This document shows, piece by piece, positions 39,300-53,677 of a DNA stretch of 64,000 nucleotides. The notes under the pieces were generated by a model. That model saw only the letters and a list, made by a program, of their open reading frames with translations. It was not told the DNA's origin and ran no database searches. The DNA comes from Squalus acanthias (lineage: Eukaryota). How positions within the stretch are numbered: the first letter of the stretch is position 1; every line of letters begins with the position of its first letter. The position numbers and the translations under genes were made by a program. The stretch spans positions 1,798,001-1,862,000 of the forward strand of contig CM059433.1 of assembly GCA_030390025.1 (NCBI GenBank). The letters are read 5' to 3'.

Positions 39300-42200
39300 A
39301 CGAGACCGACGTACGGACCCAGCTGGATGAGATGCAGCAAAGAAGAGAGAGAGAGACAGGAAGAGAACACAAAAAAGTGTCTCACGTGCCATGTGGAGAG
39401 AGGTGGCAGTGACACTGAGTTCCACCTCTCTCTCCACCAGAACTACAGACCAGTGCCAGAAAAATATGAATGAGCTGACAAGGGCAGGCAAGGTAAGATA
39501 TCAGCTGCTGTCCCTTTTCTTCCTTAGGCACCATTGACACCAACACAATGTTCAGCTTCTAAAATTATTGGCTACACAAGTAAACCTTAACACTGCACTG
39601 TCAGTAAGGGGTTCACTAACTCTGGAACTTACAGTCTGTGTCACCCTCTCTCCTAATAGCAATTGTTTTGATGAAGAACCATAAACCCCTTCCTCTCCTT
39701 TAACAGAGATGATAACACCAGGGCCAAGAGTTTCCACTTTGGGCACAATCGGCGATCCGGCGCAAATTGCACTCAATATTGGGCTAGTTTTAAGAAATAG
39801 GGGGAAAAATTGGGTGGCGCCTATTTGGGGTGCTAACATCGCCGGGGGCAACAGTTAGCACCCCCCCGCCATAAATTCAGTGGTAGCGCCCCAAGCAGGA
39901 GGTGGGACACTACTGGAAAGCGCTCCACCTCCTGCTTGGGGCGCTACGACTGAATTTCGCGCCACGTCATTGCAGACCTCGTCCCCTGGTTAAAGGGGAG
40001 GGGCCTAGCACTGCGCGCACCGGGGCCCTGCTGGACCACCGGGGAGTGGGGTGCGGTGAACGTGCCTGATCAATCGCGGCCGGCACCCCGCATACAAAAG
40101 CGAAAGGGGGGCAGGTGCTGGCAGTTGGCCAAAATAAAAATGGCCGCCGACACCTGCCCCTTTAAGTAGCGCCGCCGCCGCTGCCAAACCGCCCCCTGAC
40201 CCTGTCGCACACATCGCCCGGCGATAGGTCAGGGGGTGCAAGGGAAGTTTGCGGCCAGGGCGCGAGCGGGGCGCTGCGCACGGCGATGACGTCATTGCCT
40301 GAGGCACAGCACCGTGGGGCGCTACCGGCTACCGCCATCGCTAACCTCCCGCTGAATTTCACAGGAGGCGTTAGCGGCGCCACGCACGGGCGCTAGAGGA
40401 TTTGCACCCCATTAGCGCCCCCCCCCCCCACCCCCGGTGCAAACCAACCCAATTTTACCCCCGTAGTTTTTTGGCTCAATTTTCCTCTCAAACTCATTTG
40501 CATATCATGTATAACCTTCCATGAACCAGCGAATCGGGCAGTGCTTTCGAATATGTTTTTATTTGATATATTTAAGAACGGTAACCTGGTGCAGTTTTAT
40601 TAATACAGCTGAAAATGGGTTTCTCACAAAAAATAAGCATTTTAATCAGTGTCTAGTCCACCACCTGTGAGTAACCCGATTTTAAACAAACTATGCCGAC
40701 CCACTTACTAGTTACATTGGTGTATAGTCGTCAGTTTCTTAGTAAATTTAAAAAAATACATTTGAAAGCTTTTAAAAGGTGCCTTTAGTGTCCTTGCGCC
40801 TAAAAAAGGTTTAATTTTGAAAGCCTCCCCAAAGGCCCGCAAACGGGCACAATTAGCGGGAACTCGCCGCGGCGATTAATTCAATCTGGGGGCGTGGCCA
40901 GTTTTGTGGGCGGGGCCAGCTTCCAGCGCGATCTTTTCTAAATTAGCGCAAAAGATGGCGGAAACTCGATTTGCGCTGGACGTAACTTGCCCTTGAAATT
41001 CCTCAATCTTTTGAGTTGGTTTGGCCGATTTCAGGCAAATTATGCTGAAAAAACCAGCGCGACCTAGATCTGTATCTTCAGTAGACTGATGCCACCTCGG
41101 AGACATCCCTCAAATGCCAGCCTTCACGGAATTCTCTCAATCTTATTACAAGAAAATCTTGCGTGCGATGCCTGTGAAAGACGGGTAACTGCAAGGGGAA
41201 CCCTGGACATCAGAGAGCTGACACTCGACAAGGAGCAGGCCATGGAGCTGCTGGGAAGGCTCTTTGCTCTAGCCATGGAAGACGATCAGATTGGTGGAAC
41301 AGTGCAGGAAGTAACCCTGTGAAATGTCACACCTCCACCAGGAGCCCACCTTACACTGGTTTGAGTTTGCATTGAGTGCAATATAACTCCAGCCTAAAGA
41401 TGTTTACTGTTATAGTAATGTTGTTGACTCCTGTTGCACAGTCCAATTTCATCCCCTAAATGTGAACCTTTACACAGGTTTAGAAATGTTTCTGAGCCTT
41501 GTGGCAACTACCGAGTGTTTCCTATCACTCAATGTAATGATCTAATTACAGTAGCATGGAGTAAGGTTGGTACAATCTGATGCACATTAAGAATTGACTC
41601 ATTAGTTACACCTCGGACTTAGTCCACACGTATCTGCAAGGATCTAATGCATGAAAGATCAGTGAAGCAGCACCACCTTCACAATAACTACATCTACTTC
41701 TGAATGCAAAGGGAAAAGGCATTGCTAACGCTGTAGGGGGTCACAATGCTGCAGTTCGTCATGGACGTCCTATACGTCTTTGCAGGAGAAGGCAGCATTT
41801 AACAGAAGGCAGGCTGGAGGAGGACCAACTACAGTTCACAAAGTAACCCCACTGAGGAAAGGGCATTAGAGCTCCAGCAGCACAACTGGAGGCAGGTGGC
41901 AGGAGCTGGTGAAATGGATGGGCATGCCCTGACTGAAAGATAGTTGCTCCCTTTCCTTCCTTTCCTTCCGGTCCTGGCCAACGAGTCCAAGAATATGTAC
42001 TTTCAAGATCTTCCCATGCAGGTGAGAGTGACGTTGAAGCCCATTAGTACGCATTCACTTAAATATCTTTATGTCTTCATAGGGATGACAGAGCAATCAG
42101 ACGCCAGAGCCTGCACGGAATTTGGTAGCAGCGCTTCATTAGGTACTCCGTCTCAATTCCAAGACGAATGATATCCACCTGGGGGGTATGGATAGACAGT

Positions 42201-43150
42201 ATGAGGGGAGCGCTGAGATAAAATCCCTGAACACGGGAGGGCAGGAACAAGAAGAGCAGGAAGAGAAAGAAAATGAGAACCCCTATCGTCAGAGGAGGAG
42301 ACAGCCTCATCCAGCAGCTGCACAGGAAGTGGACCCAGTTCTCCGTGGCCCTGTATTCAAAAGAGAATAATACTGTTGTAGTCATTGGGTGATATGCCTA
42401 GCAGCTTTGACATCATGGAGACAAGTGTGGAGGAGTCTGCATCCCACATATGTGAGGTACTGATGCATGGTATTGAAAGCTTGCAGTCACCCATGCAGTG
42501 ACTGGCAGCTCCAAAGCCATCTGCTGTGCAGCACCCTAACAGCTGAAGCCTTGTTGCCAGCCTTGGGTTCCCCCATGAATACTCATGCTGCAATACAGGC
42601 CCCCGGCTATACTATGGCAGCCTCATAGAGTCATAGAGTCATACAGCACAGAAAGAGGCCCTTCAGCCCATCGTGTCCGCGCCGGCCATCAAGCCCTGTC
42701 TATTTTAATCCCATGGACCACAAAAGAAGTCGCGCAAGTAGGGTGGGAAATAGTGTCTGTCGTGTGCCCTGGCAATCCTGTCAGGGGGTCTGACAACCCT
42801 CAGACCTACAGGCAGAATGGCAGAGGGGCCAGGAGTGGGGAAAAGCTAGAACAGACTGCTCTTCCTCGAGAAGTCTCCTCACTTGAACTGCGCAGGAGCC
42901 TGAAGCCGGCACCGACAGGTTGTCCCGAGAGCAGCGGCCAAGCTGCAAACCCGAAACTGACCCATCCGAAAGAAAAGAATGAACAGAGCAGATCTGGCGT
43001 GCGAGATCCGAGAGAACGAGAAGCACCTTGGGTCCCAGCGTCTGACACTGACACACAGAGCGGCCATCCTCCTGAGCATCCTGGTCCCGCCACAGGAGGA
43101 CCACTTCGATGAAGTGCCAGACTAGTCACCTGAGCACAAAAAAACAGCCA
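39300..43150 (+). pseudogene. Intron-containing Harbinger Myb/SANT (ORF2) fossil with nested MITEs
   Basis: Exon RKRTQKSVSRAMWREVAVTLSSTSLSTRTTDQCQKNMNELTRAGK|GTAAG (donor 39493); next exon ERRVTARG...ELTLDKEQAMELLG (about 41150-41320); acidic/GPVFKR region near 42200-42480. Confidence 0.65.
39800..40462. mobile_element. GC-rich Harbinger MITE nested in another MITE-like element (about 39721-40992)
   Basis: TIRs GGGGGAAAAATTGGGT / ACCCAATTTTACCCCC; reverse-complement similarity to 22409-23068. Confidence 0.8.
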
Positions 43151-43497
43151 CTCTCCGAAAGGGGAAATTGCTTCACAACAACACTAAACAAGTAGTGTAA
43201 ATGCACCATAAATTGCATCAGCACAAAAAATGTACAAAGCAACTAGAAATTGGGATTTCCCCTCCTGCCCTATGGCCTGGAACATTCATTCTGCTCAGAC
43301 CATCCTTCAATACCCGCACTGAGAGCTGGAATTCAGCACCTGTGGTTTGATCATTGCTTGGCACGGCATATTACAAACACTCATGTTACTAAGTGCTGCA
43401 CATGGGGATAAAAATCCAGGAAGGGACTATTAGTTAGATGGAAAGAAAAAAAATGTGCATGGAAAATGAAAGAGATCTGGGGGGTCCTGATTGACAA

Positions 43498-44720
43498 TAA
43501 CAACAACAACAACAACTTGCATTTATATAGCATCTTTAATGTAGCAAAACATCCCAAGGCGCTGCACGGGAGCGATTATCAAACAAAGGTTGACACTGAG
43601 CCACATAAGGAGAAATTAGGGCAGTGAGGTAGGTTTTTAAAGAGCTTCTTAAAGGAGGAAAGAGAGTTAGAGAAGCGGAGAGGTTTAGGGAGGGAATTCC
43701 AGAGCTTAGGACCTCGGCAGTTGAAGGCACGGCCGCCAATGGTGGAGCGATTAAAATCGGGGATGCTCAATAGGCCAGAATTGGAGGAGCGCGGAGATCT
43801 CGGAGGGTTGTAGGTTACAGAGATAGGGAGGAGCGAGGGCCATGAGGGGATTTGAAAACAAGGATGAGAATTTCAAACTCGAGGCATTGCTTAACCGGGA
43901 GCCAATGTAGGTCAGCGAGCACAGGGGTGATGGGTGAACGGAACCTGGTGCGAGTTAGGACACGGGCAGCCAAGTTCTGGACAACCTCAAATTTACATAG
44001 GGTGGAATGTGGGAGGCCAGCCAGGAGTGCGTTGGAATAGTCAAGTCTAGAGGTAACAAAGGCATGGATGAGGGTTTCAGCAGCAGATGAGCTGAGGCAA
44101 GGGCGGAGACGGGCGATGTTACGGAGGTGGAACTAGGCGGTCTTTGTTATGCTGCGGATATGTGGTCGGAAGCTCATCTCGGATTCAAATACGACACCAA
44201 GGTTGCGAACAATGTGGTTCAGCCTGAGACATATGTTAGTGAGAGGGATGGAGTCAGTGGCTAGGGAACGGAGTTTGTGATGGGGACCGAAAACAATGGC
44301 TTCGGTCTTCCCAATATTTAATTGGAGGAAATTTCTGCTCATCCAGGTCTGGATGTAAGACAAGCAGTCTGACAATTTAGATACCGTGGAGGAGTCGAGA
44401 GAAGTGGTGGTGAGGTAGAGCTGGGTGTCGTCAGCGTACATGTGGAAACTGACGCTGTGTTTTCGGATGATGTCGCCAAGGGGCAACATGTAGATGAGAA
44501 ATAGGAGGGGACCAAGGATAGATCCTTGGGGGACACCAGAGGTAACGATGTGGGAGCGGGAAGAGAACCAGTTGCAGGTGATTCTCTGGCTACGATTGGA
44601 TATCTAAGAATGGACCCAGGTGAGTGCAGTCCCACCCAGCTGGAGGACGGTGCAGAGGCGCTGGAGGAGGATGGAGTGGTCAACCGTGTCAAAGGCTGCA
44701 GACAAGTCAAGAAGGACAGT
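43498..44720 (-). mobile_element. L2 LINE 3' portion
   Basis: [34 protein letters not shown]...KLWNSLP; (AAC)n tail at 43498-43516. Confidence 0.92.
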
Positions 44721-44739
44721 TACATAGGATGACATAAAT

Positions 44740-47067
44740 TGAAGCTGTCGCAACATTGCTTGTAAAGCAAATCAAATGTTGGGATGTATTAAAAGGTCAA
44801 TCAATATTGAGCAGGAATAGTGATGTAACCCTGACACTTTATAAATCATTGATGCGTCAGCACATCGAATACTGGGTACAGTTCACGTCACCACAATAAA
44901 AAAATATTATAACTATTGAAAGGATACAGAAGTATACAGCCAGAATGATTGAGGGGATAGAGGGATTAGATTATGATGAGTGATTATGTAAATTGAGTAT
45001 GTTCCCACTGGAAAAGAGAATGTTGAGAAGTGATATGATTGCTGTTTTTAGGAATCTAAAGGGATTAGATAATGGGCCAGATTCTGCTGTAGCAGTGCCT
45101 CTAACAGTGTGCGGTTAGTTAGACTCGCCCTGGTATGTTTAGGCTTTTAAAAATTTGCGTGGCAAGTTGCTGAAAGTGTGAGCTGATGACATCGCAGTGA
45201 CAGAAACCGGGCATCTGGGACCTGAGTGATCAGGGCAAGCAACGGGGTATCTCCGTAACCAATCAGATTGAAAGATTGGAAAGTTAACAGCGCAAGGACT
45301 GAGAAGGAAGTGTAAATTAGAGCGTGTGAACTCAATGTCAAATCAGGTACAGAAAGAAAAATAAAGAGGGGGAAAGCAAGATTGAAACAAGAGAGAGTGA
45401 AAAAAGAGACAGAAAGGAAAAGTAATTTTTTTTTAATTTAACATTTTTACAATCTCCAACAATAATTAAAACTTGAAGGAATGAGACTCCACACTTGTTA
45501 TAGTTAACTTTTAGTGCCAGAGAGGTTGTTTGGCAGTAATTAACAATTATCACATTGTTAAAAGGGTGCTTAGACTGGAATGGACACGACTTAACTTCCT
45601 GCGGCGAGTTTAGTTTGTATCTACTGCGCAAATACAGCAATTTCACGCCATTTAATGTATTTCAGTGTATTTCGGTGGTGAGGCAGACAGCGAGATGCCG
45701 TTTTCGCGAATCTAATAGTGGAGGGGCGCGTCTCGGACAACAACCTTTAGATATTTGAGTTTAACCGCACATCTGCCCCTCGCCTGAAGTTGCTGTACCA
45801 TTTGCGTATAAATAACAGCGAGTTTCACTTGCCTCACTGTTATTTTACAGGAACATCTGGGCCATTGTCGACCATGACCAGCTGTTTCACCCTGTCCAAA
45901 ACTAGTGGAACCAGAGGGCAAGGCCTGTACGTGAAAGGGGTAAATTCAACACTAATCTGCGGAAACGTTAGCCCCGATCTTGACTGGCGCTGGTTTTCCG
46001 AGCTGGGGTGGGTGGGGGCGCGGGGAAGGAGTTGTGGTCATGCTATGGAGTTTTAACTTCAAAGTGTACATCTTTTTTCCAGCAGGTTCCCCAACCAGAA
46101 GCCAGCCTCTGATTGACAAGACTGGCTCCCTTTCGGGCGAGGAACGCTCTGGAGGTGGCCACAGCCCAGGAGCAGGTAGGGAGCGTACTGCTGGGATAGT
46201 GATAGCGTGGGGGGAGGGCTCCGAATCCTAGGGGGGTCCGATCCATGGGGGGGAGTCTGCGATCCTGAGGCAGGAGGTCGGTGATCCTGAAGGAGGTCGG
46301 CGATCCTGAGGGGGGCTCAGTGATCCTTGGCAGGGGGGTCAGCAATCCTGGAGGGGAGGTCGGCAAAGCAGGTTTACTCTTCCTGGCCCACAAGTCGTGC
46401 TGGAAAGGCACTTATCTCTTCCAAGCAGCAGTCCTCGCCTGTCTTTAGCTGTCGCATTTCCCGAGGCCCGGAAAACCCAGCCGGTCAGGGTTAAACTAGG
46501 AAGACGGATGAAATGTGAGGCACACAGCCTGATTATAATATTTAAATGACCAACCCACCTCCTGGAAGCGGGATGGTTGCCCCCACCCCCTGTCCCGCTT
46601 CCGTTGGGGTTGCGTTAAGCAATTTTAAAGTTTTAACCCCCCCCCCCCGACCCTCTCCCACACAAATTCCCTCCCTTATTTCAGTGAGCAAGCGGTAAAT
46701 CGATGGATCAGGCTCCCTTGGGAGACGGTGGAAGCCACTAGTATTGATTCATTTAAATGCAAATTAGATGGAATTCTTTCCGAAGATAACATTTTGGGAT
46801 GCAGTATCTGGGTAATTTGAGACGTGACGTGAGGGGAGTGCAGCGTGCTTGGGAGGAACAGGTGGATTCGGACCAATGGTTCCCAAAGCTCTCCCCCACT
46901 AGGGTTTCTTCGCCCATGTCTAGGTCTGTTGTAGACTCATTGATAGAGATTGATTAACATGATCAGCCAACAAACTCCATTATTGTTATATCATGAGACT
47001 TCCAGGATGGTAGAAGACAAACTGGATGGACTTTGATCTTTTTTTGTCTAGCAATTTCTATGTTCCA
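44740..47067 (+). mobile_element. Old CR1 3' fragment interrupted by MITEs
   Basis: [23 protein letters not shown] and DSFKCKLD remnants plus a long 3' UTR. Confidence 0.6.
45074..45863. mobile_element. Harbinger-type MITE
   Basis: Ends GGGCCAGATTCTGCTGTA / TACAGGAACATCTGGGCC; splits the CR1 sequence ggattagataat|...|gtcgaccatg. Confidence 0.7.
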
Positions 47068-48295
47068 CACAGAAAAGCAGCACAATGTGAAACAATGAGG
47101 ATTAGTCTACAAACCATTAATGTTTCTAATATCAATGCCCACATGTGAACTTGTCAGGGATAAAGAACTGGATTTTCCTGAGCCAGCCCCTACAGGGTCT
47201 GAGAGGGACTTCTGTTGACCATTCAACCTTGCCTTGACCACAACCCATAATCTATTCACGATGGGCTCCCATTGGGATCACCACTGCAGAACAGGACGAG
47301 GCTTGAGGAATGCTTAAAGGGCCCACAAAGCCCCGAATATACCAAAACCTCATCCACTCAAAGTGTCAACAGGTGAGGCATTGCTACCTGTTGGCGGGAG
47401 AAGAGGCTTCTACTCGGCCCCAGGGCTCCATGAAGAGCATGTGGGGCCGTTCCTACCGCTGCCCCGGGCCTAGCGCCATAGTTCATCCAGCAGTCCAGGG
47501 AGCGACAGGAACGAGGCAGACAGGAGGAAAATGGAACAGGAGCTCTGGCCATGTCTTCCACCGGCATTTGCCATGGTGGTAAGGAGCAATCAGTGGCAAT
47601 CTTGGCATGGGGGTTGGGGGGGGGGGGAAAGAGGTGATTTATTTGGGGGCTTGGGGTGTGAGGTGGAGGTAGGTCTCACCAGCCAATTTCACCCCTCTTT
47701 TTCCCACTATCCCACTTGATTTAGAATGCGAAAGCAGAGGAAAATCTACAGCAAAATATCGACTGTCTTGTTGTTGGTTTTAAATATAGTAATTCAAATT
47801 TATAGAAAAAAGCAGCATGCCATGTTGTTTCCGAGTCTCTGCTGCTAAAATAGGCCAAATTTTACAATTTTTCCCAAATAATCTTAAATACTGTGTTACT
47901 TGTAATGAAGTAGTGTGAATATATAAGAGGAACAGAGGATAACTGAAGAGAAACAATGGGGAAATGTGTAGCAAAGAAAGGAATGCAATAAGGAAAGTTA
48001 GAATGAAGATAAAAAGAAATAAAACAGATTGAACTAGTTTGCGAAAGGAAAGGAGATACTCGAGCAGTGTATAATCATATGCATCAGGCCACATAAAGGC
48101 AGCATGACGCTAGCCACTGTTAACTATTTGTGGTATTAGATCCCTGCTAGTAACTGGTGGACCAGGCATCCGATCAACCAATGTTATTAGGTTGCCACTA
48201 AATGTAAACATTTGAATTTCAAACTTAAGCCATGCGTGTCAGCCATCTGTCTTTCATGTGTACTCGTGGTCTGCTTATCCAGGGACAAAATCTGT

Positions 48296-48780
48296 CTCAG
48301 CCCCAGCTCCTCCCCTCAGCCCCATTCCCAGCTCCTCCCCTTAGCACCATTCCCAGCTCCTCCCCTTAGCCCCATTCCCAGCTCCTCCCCTTAGCCCCAT
48401 TCCCAGCTCCTTCCCACGGCACTGTTCCCAGCTCCTTCCCTCAGCACCATTCCCAGCTCCTCGGGTCAACACCATTCCCAGCTCCTCGGGTCAACACCAT
48501 TCCCAGCTCCTTCCCTCAGCACCATTCCCAGCTCCTTCCCTCAGCACCATTCCCAGCTCCTTCCCTCAGCACCATTCCCAGCTCCTTCCCTCAACACCAT
48601 TCCCAGCTCCTCGGGTCAACACCATTCCCAGCTCCTTCCCTCAGCACCAATCCCAGCTCCTTCCCTCAGCACCATTCCCAGCTCCTTCCCTCACATTATT
48701 TCCCAGCTCCTCCCTCAGCACTGCTCCCAGCTCCTCCTCTCTGAACCACCTCCAGCTTCTCCCCTCAGCACCGCCCCCAG
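48296..48780 (+). repeat. 25-bp minisatellite (about 19 copies)
   Basis: Unit CACCATTCCCAGCTCCTTCCCTCAG with a recurring variant ...CTCGGGTCAA. Confidence 0.95.
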
Positions 48781-51700
48781 ATTCTTCCCCTGTGCTGCAC
48801 CTGGCTCCGACCTGCTGCTCTAGGGTATTGAATCCTGCTGTGGACAGGAATTCTTGCGATAATTAAGTGAGGTCAGGAATTCTTCTCCGCAGCAGGCAGC
48901 AACAGCAGATAGGAGCTTGACGCAATGATGAAGTGGTGGGGAGGATAGTATCAGCATGAACTTAAGGGGCAGGAGGAAGAGACCCAGCATGAAACGGGGA
49001 GAGAAGTGGAGCACCAGTTTGAACTGAGGGAAGAGAGGAGAGTGCCAGTTTGAACTGAAAGGGGGTGGGGTGGGGGGGGAAGAATACCAGCAAAAGTGAG
49101 GGATGAGGACAATAATGCCAATTTGAATTGAGGGGAAAAGGGAAGAAAAGCACCAGGTTGAACTGGGGAATGAAGGGACAAGTGTAGCAGTGAGAACAGA
49201 GGGATGGGGGAGGAGTGAACACTGCTTCTCTGAAAAGGGGTGGGCGGAGAAGAATGCTTCCATGTTACCATGACATGCACATAGACAATTTAACAATGAG
49301 ATTTAGCATCAGAGAATACTAATAGTGGCCACAATCGCCCCCAATTTCTCTGCGAGAAATGAGTGTAAATGTCCATGGGTTATTGCCACAGATTTCCGCT
49401 ATAGAAATGATTGAATGTACCAATTGTACAGGCTTGCTCTAACCTAATTTGCAGATCAATGTTTTAGTTTCGTAGGCCTATACGCAGAGCTGTTTTTTGG
49501 GTTGTCAGATTTTTGAAACTCTCAGTCAATCAGCTTTTGCTCATTTTCATGTTGGTATTAATGAGAAACTGAAGAATTTTAGGGACAAAAAAAAGCCATT
49601 CGGCCGAACAAGCCTGTCACTTCTTTCACTGAGTTCAACTCCCATAGCCTTGTCTTTCCTGAAACACATCTACTTTATTGGCACAATTGTTTTTAACTGT
49701 CCATAATTGAAATAGCCCCCCCGTGCCAGTCTGGAACTGTGCGGGCTTTAATCGACGTGGAATTAAAATCGCGAGCGGGCCATCTAATTTCAGAGGCAAA
49801 GTGGTGGTCCGATGACCGCAATTGTGATGCGCACACGATTTTAACTCTGGGTCGACTCAGGCTTGTGCCCTCCCAGACCCAGCACCGAAAGCTAGCGGAA
49901 CTGCAGGATTGTGGCCGGAAGAGGCCCAGGCAAGGCTTTTTTTTTAATTGATTTTTCAATGGTGGGCCAAGAGCTTCCCTCAGTCCGCCGATTGCAATAA
50001 TTGCCTGGCAACCACCCCCCACCCCCCCACTTAACTTTCCAGGGACTGTTTCCTTGGGTCCACGGTGATGGCCTGCAGCTACGCGGTTTCCTGCTCCCAC
50101 CCACCAGCCTCCACGTCATCTACGCTGACTTCGGGTGGGAGTCTGTGAGGGAACATTAAAATGAGGCCCAGGAGTTCAAATCCCGGACAGATTGCCGTTC
50201 GCTTTCGCCCTCTGCACCCCTGATTCCTGTCCCAGGTTAAAATCGGGGCTAATGTCCTCGGCCAAAAGGCAATGCATTAAGAATTTGGATTGCAATAGTA
50301 TCGCTTCACCACTGAGCCTTAGCATGTTGAAAACTGACTCGCCTCTTCCCCATCACCATATTCCACCACATGGGACAATAGCTCATTAATGCCAACGAGT
50401 AAAATGTTTTTACCTGAAAGAGCAAAATCGCAATATCTGTCAATGAACTAAAATCCATGCCTTGATGTTATGATTCAGTCAATTTACTGTCCCTCAAAGT
50501 CACGATTGGCGTCACATGATATTGTTGCGGGAGCTGTAGACAGACACCAACTGTTGTCGGCCTGCTGTTACGTACCAATTGCTCACTTTATTCCTGCTGC
50601 TCAGAGAAGATGTTCCTACACTGAAAGCTCCCCCCCGTTTACTGAACGAAAGCCCAGGGAATATCAATAACATCCATGCTGACAGCACTATAGAGCTCAA
50701 CGTTTTATCCCACAAGACCCACCACTTAGTTCTGCTGCAGATTCACCTCTTAATAGTAATTGTAGTCACTAAGGGTCTTATTAAACGGTTTATAATGTTA
50801 CAAGCAGATGTTGTTCTGGCACAATCCTTTATCCTTAGTGTGTAATGAGAAACAATAAAACTGAACTTTTACGTTCCCTCTAAGGCAAGCCTTGTAAAAT
50901 TTGGACAGTCGGGCACGCCGAGTGTGAGGATCCGAAAATCTAAAACTTTTCCAACCAGCCTTGAAACGGTTATATTGTGGGAGGAGAAAATACAACAATT
51001 AAAGGTCTAGTTAACTGCTGAGTTCTTTGAATATCTTGAGGTCCTGTTCCAGCATGGAGCCTGCGTCTGTCTACAATACAAACACCATAATCATTAATAA
51101 CTAGTTACTGACAGACTTCTAATGGGATGAGCCATTTCATCCAATGTGAACTTTTGTAACACCACTCTCCGCCAGTCAGCTTTGTGTTGAGGTGTTGAGT
51201 TTGCATCAACCATGGAATCCCCTTCAACACATCAGCGGGACAGAGCCAGGATCCCTCCGCGCAGGACTCACAGAGATTGGTCACAGAAAAACCTTGAATT
51301 TTTCTTTTCAATTCTCTTCTAAGTATGAAGGTGGTTCACTCCGCGCAGAGTTGCCCGAGAAGGATTACAGAGGAACCTACGAACGAAGGTTTACTCAAAA
51401 ACTAGAATAAAAGTTAACACTGATACTGCGAGCAATTTGTGTGAAAACGAGATGTCAACGTTTTGCAGTCTACCCTCCCCCAATACCAGTTATACAGACA
51501 TCTGCATCCCTGGCGCACTGGGGACAGGATACCAGCTGTGTCACGGAAAAGGCAGATCACTTTTATGAAAATGGCCCCAGTGGTTCGGTTGTATTGCCTC
51601 AACCACCATTGCTTGCAGAGAAAGGAATAGCAGGTGATAGATGGTCACCCTCTCACCTCACTTTAACCTCGTCCACTTCCACCAGTGGTAACTTATTACT

Positions 51701-52067
51701 ATAATTGCGCACCTCCACAGGAAAACTGTGTTGCTGCTTCTATATCCCACAGTGCACCACGGGCTGTAGTGACCATTAGGTTATCCAATCTGTGATATCT
51801 AGGAATATTTCCTTTGTCACAGGCAGTATGGAAAAGGAATTGTTTTTGCATCAATTTCTGATCAGTGTTATCTTTGCCAGGTTTCTGGCACTGAGCGTTT
51901 TTCAGCATTCAAGGCCATGCGTCATGCTACGGTGGGGTCCTGCAATCACCTTTACGGTGCTTTCCTATTACTGCAATTTCATCAACTCCTCACCTTCATG
52001 CCAACAGGGCTGCCCATGTAGGTGATGGCGAGGCCAGCATCATCCTGCCGGCGCCAGGTTAGTGACT

Positions 52068-53665
52068 TGTAAGGGATTCTCTCCTGACCCTGCGTGTCTC
52101 GTAGCCTGTGAGATTCACGCGGCTCTGTGCAGCCTGTATGTCAGTGCGGGTCTAGGCCTGGTCTCCAGCCAGTCTGGGAACACTAGACACCCCTGTGAGT
52201 GGTTCGAATCACTCTCCCTTACGGTTCTAGACACTGGACTTAGATGCGAGAGCAGTAATGGAGATAAAACTCATGTAGACTTGGTTTGAACGGTACGAAA
52301 TGGAAAATCTTTATTGCATGATACTTAAAATTATGAAATACATGTCATATGCACAGATTAATGACAGTACAATCTTACAAACAGTTATAATCACTCTTAG
52401 GGAAACGAGGAACGACCAGCACAACGTAAATAGGGCACACATTACAAATATCCTTAATCTTTAACCCTCCCCTATCAATGTCTATCCTAAACTAGCTTCG
52501 TAGGATCCCGAGACTCATGCTCACCACTCGTAATAACTCGGAGAAATCCCGAATAGCTGATCGGATGTTTTTCACCGCAGCACCCACGTGTTGGTCAGGA
52601 GATCTCCTGGTCCCACTTGTTTACTGCTTCTGCTGCTCGGTCAGTCGGCTGGACCGTCCGCTGTAGTGAAGACCTCTGTTGGTTGGATACAAGGTATGGT
52701 GGAGCACCGTTGTCAATATCGCTGATACGATGTGTTTGCACAGTCCAGTTATCATCGATGCAATATGTCTTGTTAAAGAAGAAAACTTCCTGTCGAGAAG
52801 ACTTGGCTGATCGACCTACAGGCGCGGTCGGGATCTACTGACCGTGGCGATGGATAAGGTCTTCTTCTCTTCTCCTCTCATCTCATCTCATCTCATCTCA
52901 TCCCGGGCCTTCGGTTCCGCTGCCAGCTACCAACATAGGTCTTTGCAACAGTCTTTTACACAGGAGCAGCCACGATGATAACAGCAACAAGCGGCAAGAG
53001 TCAAGAACACGAGGCAAGAGCAAGAGCAAGAGGCCAGAGAGCGAATGGACGGTTTGGGGCCTGCAATTATAGTGCACAGTTCTTCCGTTTCCCGCCCAAC
53101 TACAATGTCCATTCTTTTGTTTACGGTTTGGCGCCCAAAAATGTCCTGTATGGGTGATCTCTGTCCTTAATGGGTTTCGGGGCTACTCCTGAATGTTTGA
53201 GTACCTGCTAATATTTCTCCCATTGTTAAATCGGTCGGTGTTCCCCCTGGAGGGGTTTGGGGCTTCCAAGTGTCCTGTATAACTACCTGCTAACGGCTCT
53301 CTCATCGTAGAGCCGTTGGGAGTTTACATATTAATGTCCTTTGGATGGGCCCTTGATGGCTTTCCTTTGTACCTGGGAGACCGATTCCAGTATCGATGTT
53401 TATACTGTAAACCCATAATGTCCTGTGTATTGTCTTCACTGTGCTGAATCGTTATCGATCCTGCAAAAAAATGTTTATTGGAACGCCATCTTGTCTGCCT
53501 GTTGAAAAGTCTAGAATGTTCTGTCACGAGGTGCGGCGGCCATTTTACAGGCTGCTTGTGTCCAATTTAAACCTGACAGCATTCCGCTGAAATAAAAGCT
53601 GTTTTGAACGAAACTTTGTGTTTTCTCCTTATTAAAATGAAATCGCGATAATTGCGAATTCTACA
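52068..53665 (-). repeat. 3' LTR (1598 bp)
   Basis: Matches the 5' LTR; poly(A) signal AATAAA on the minus strand at 52310-52315. Confidence 0.95.
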
Positions 53666-53677
53666 GTCCCTCCTGTT
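53666..53677 (-). promoter_or_regulatory. Polypurine tract
   Basis: AACAGGAGGGAC immediately before the 3' LTR start TGTAG. Confidence 0.75.

Noticed and set aside
48296..48780. CRISPR-like array (also the repeats at 15190-15445)
   Set aside because: The units are head-to-tail with no unique spacers, there are no cas genes, and the context is eukaryotic.
50880..51910. Possible gene fragments (VRQGC, RRARLSKFYK)
   Set aside because: They look like highly decayed LINE RT remnants and are too degraded to delimit or classify.
52617..53527. Short ORFs duplicated in both LTRs (also 57967-58877)
   Set aside because: They are short, mostly lack ATG starts and show no motifs; their identity only reflects LTR identity.
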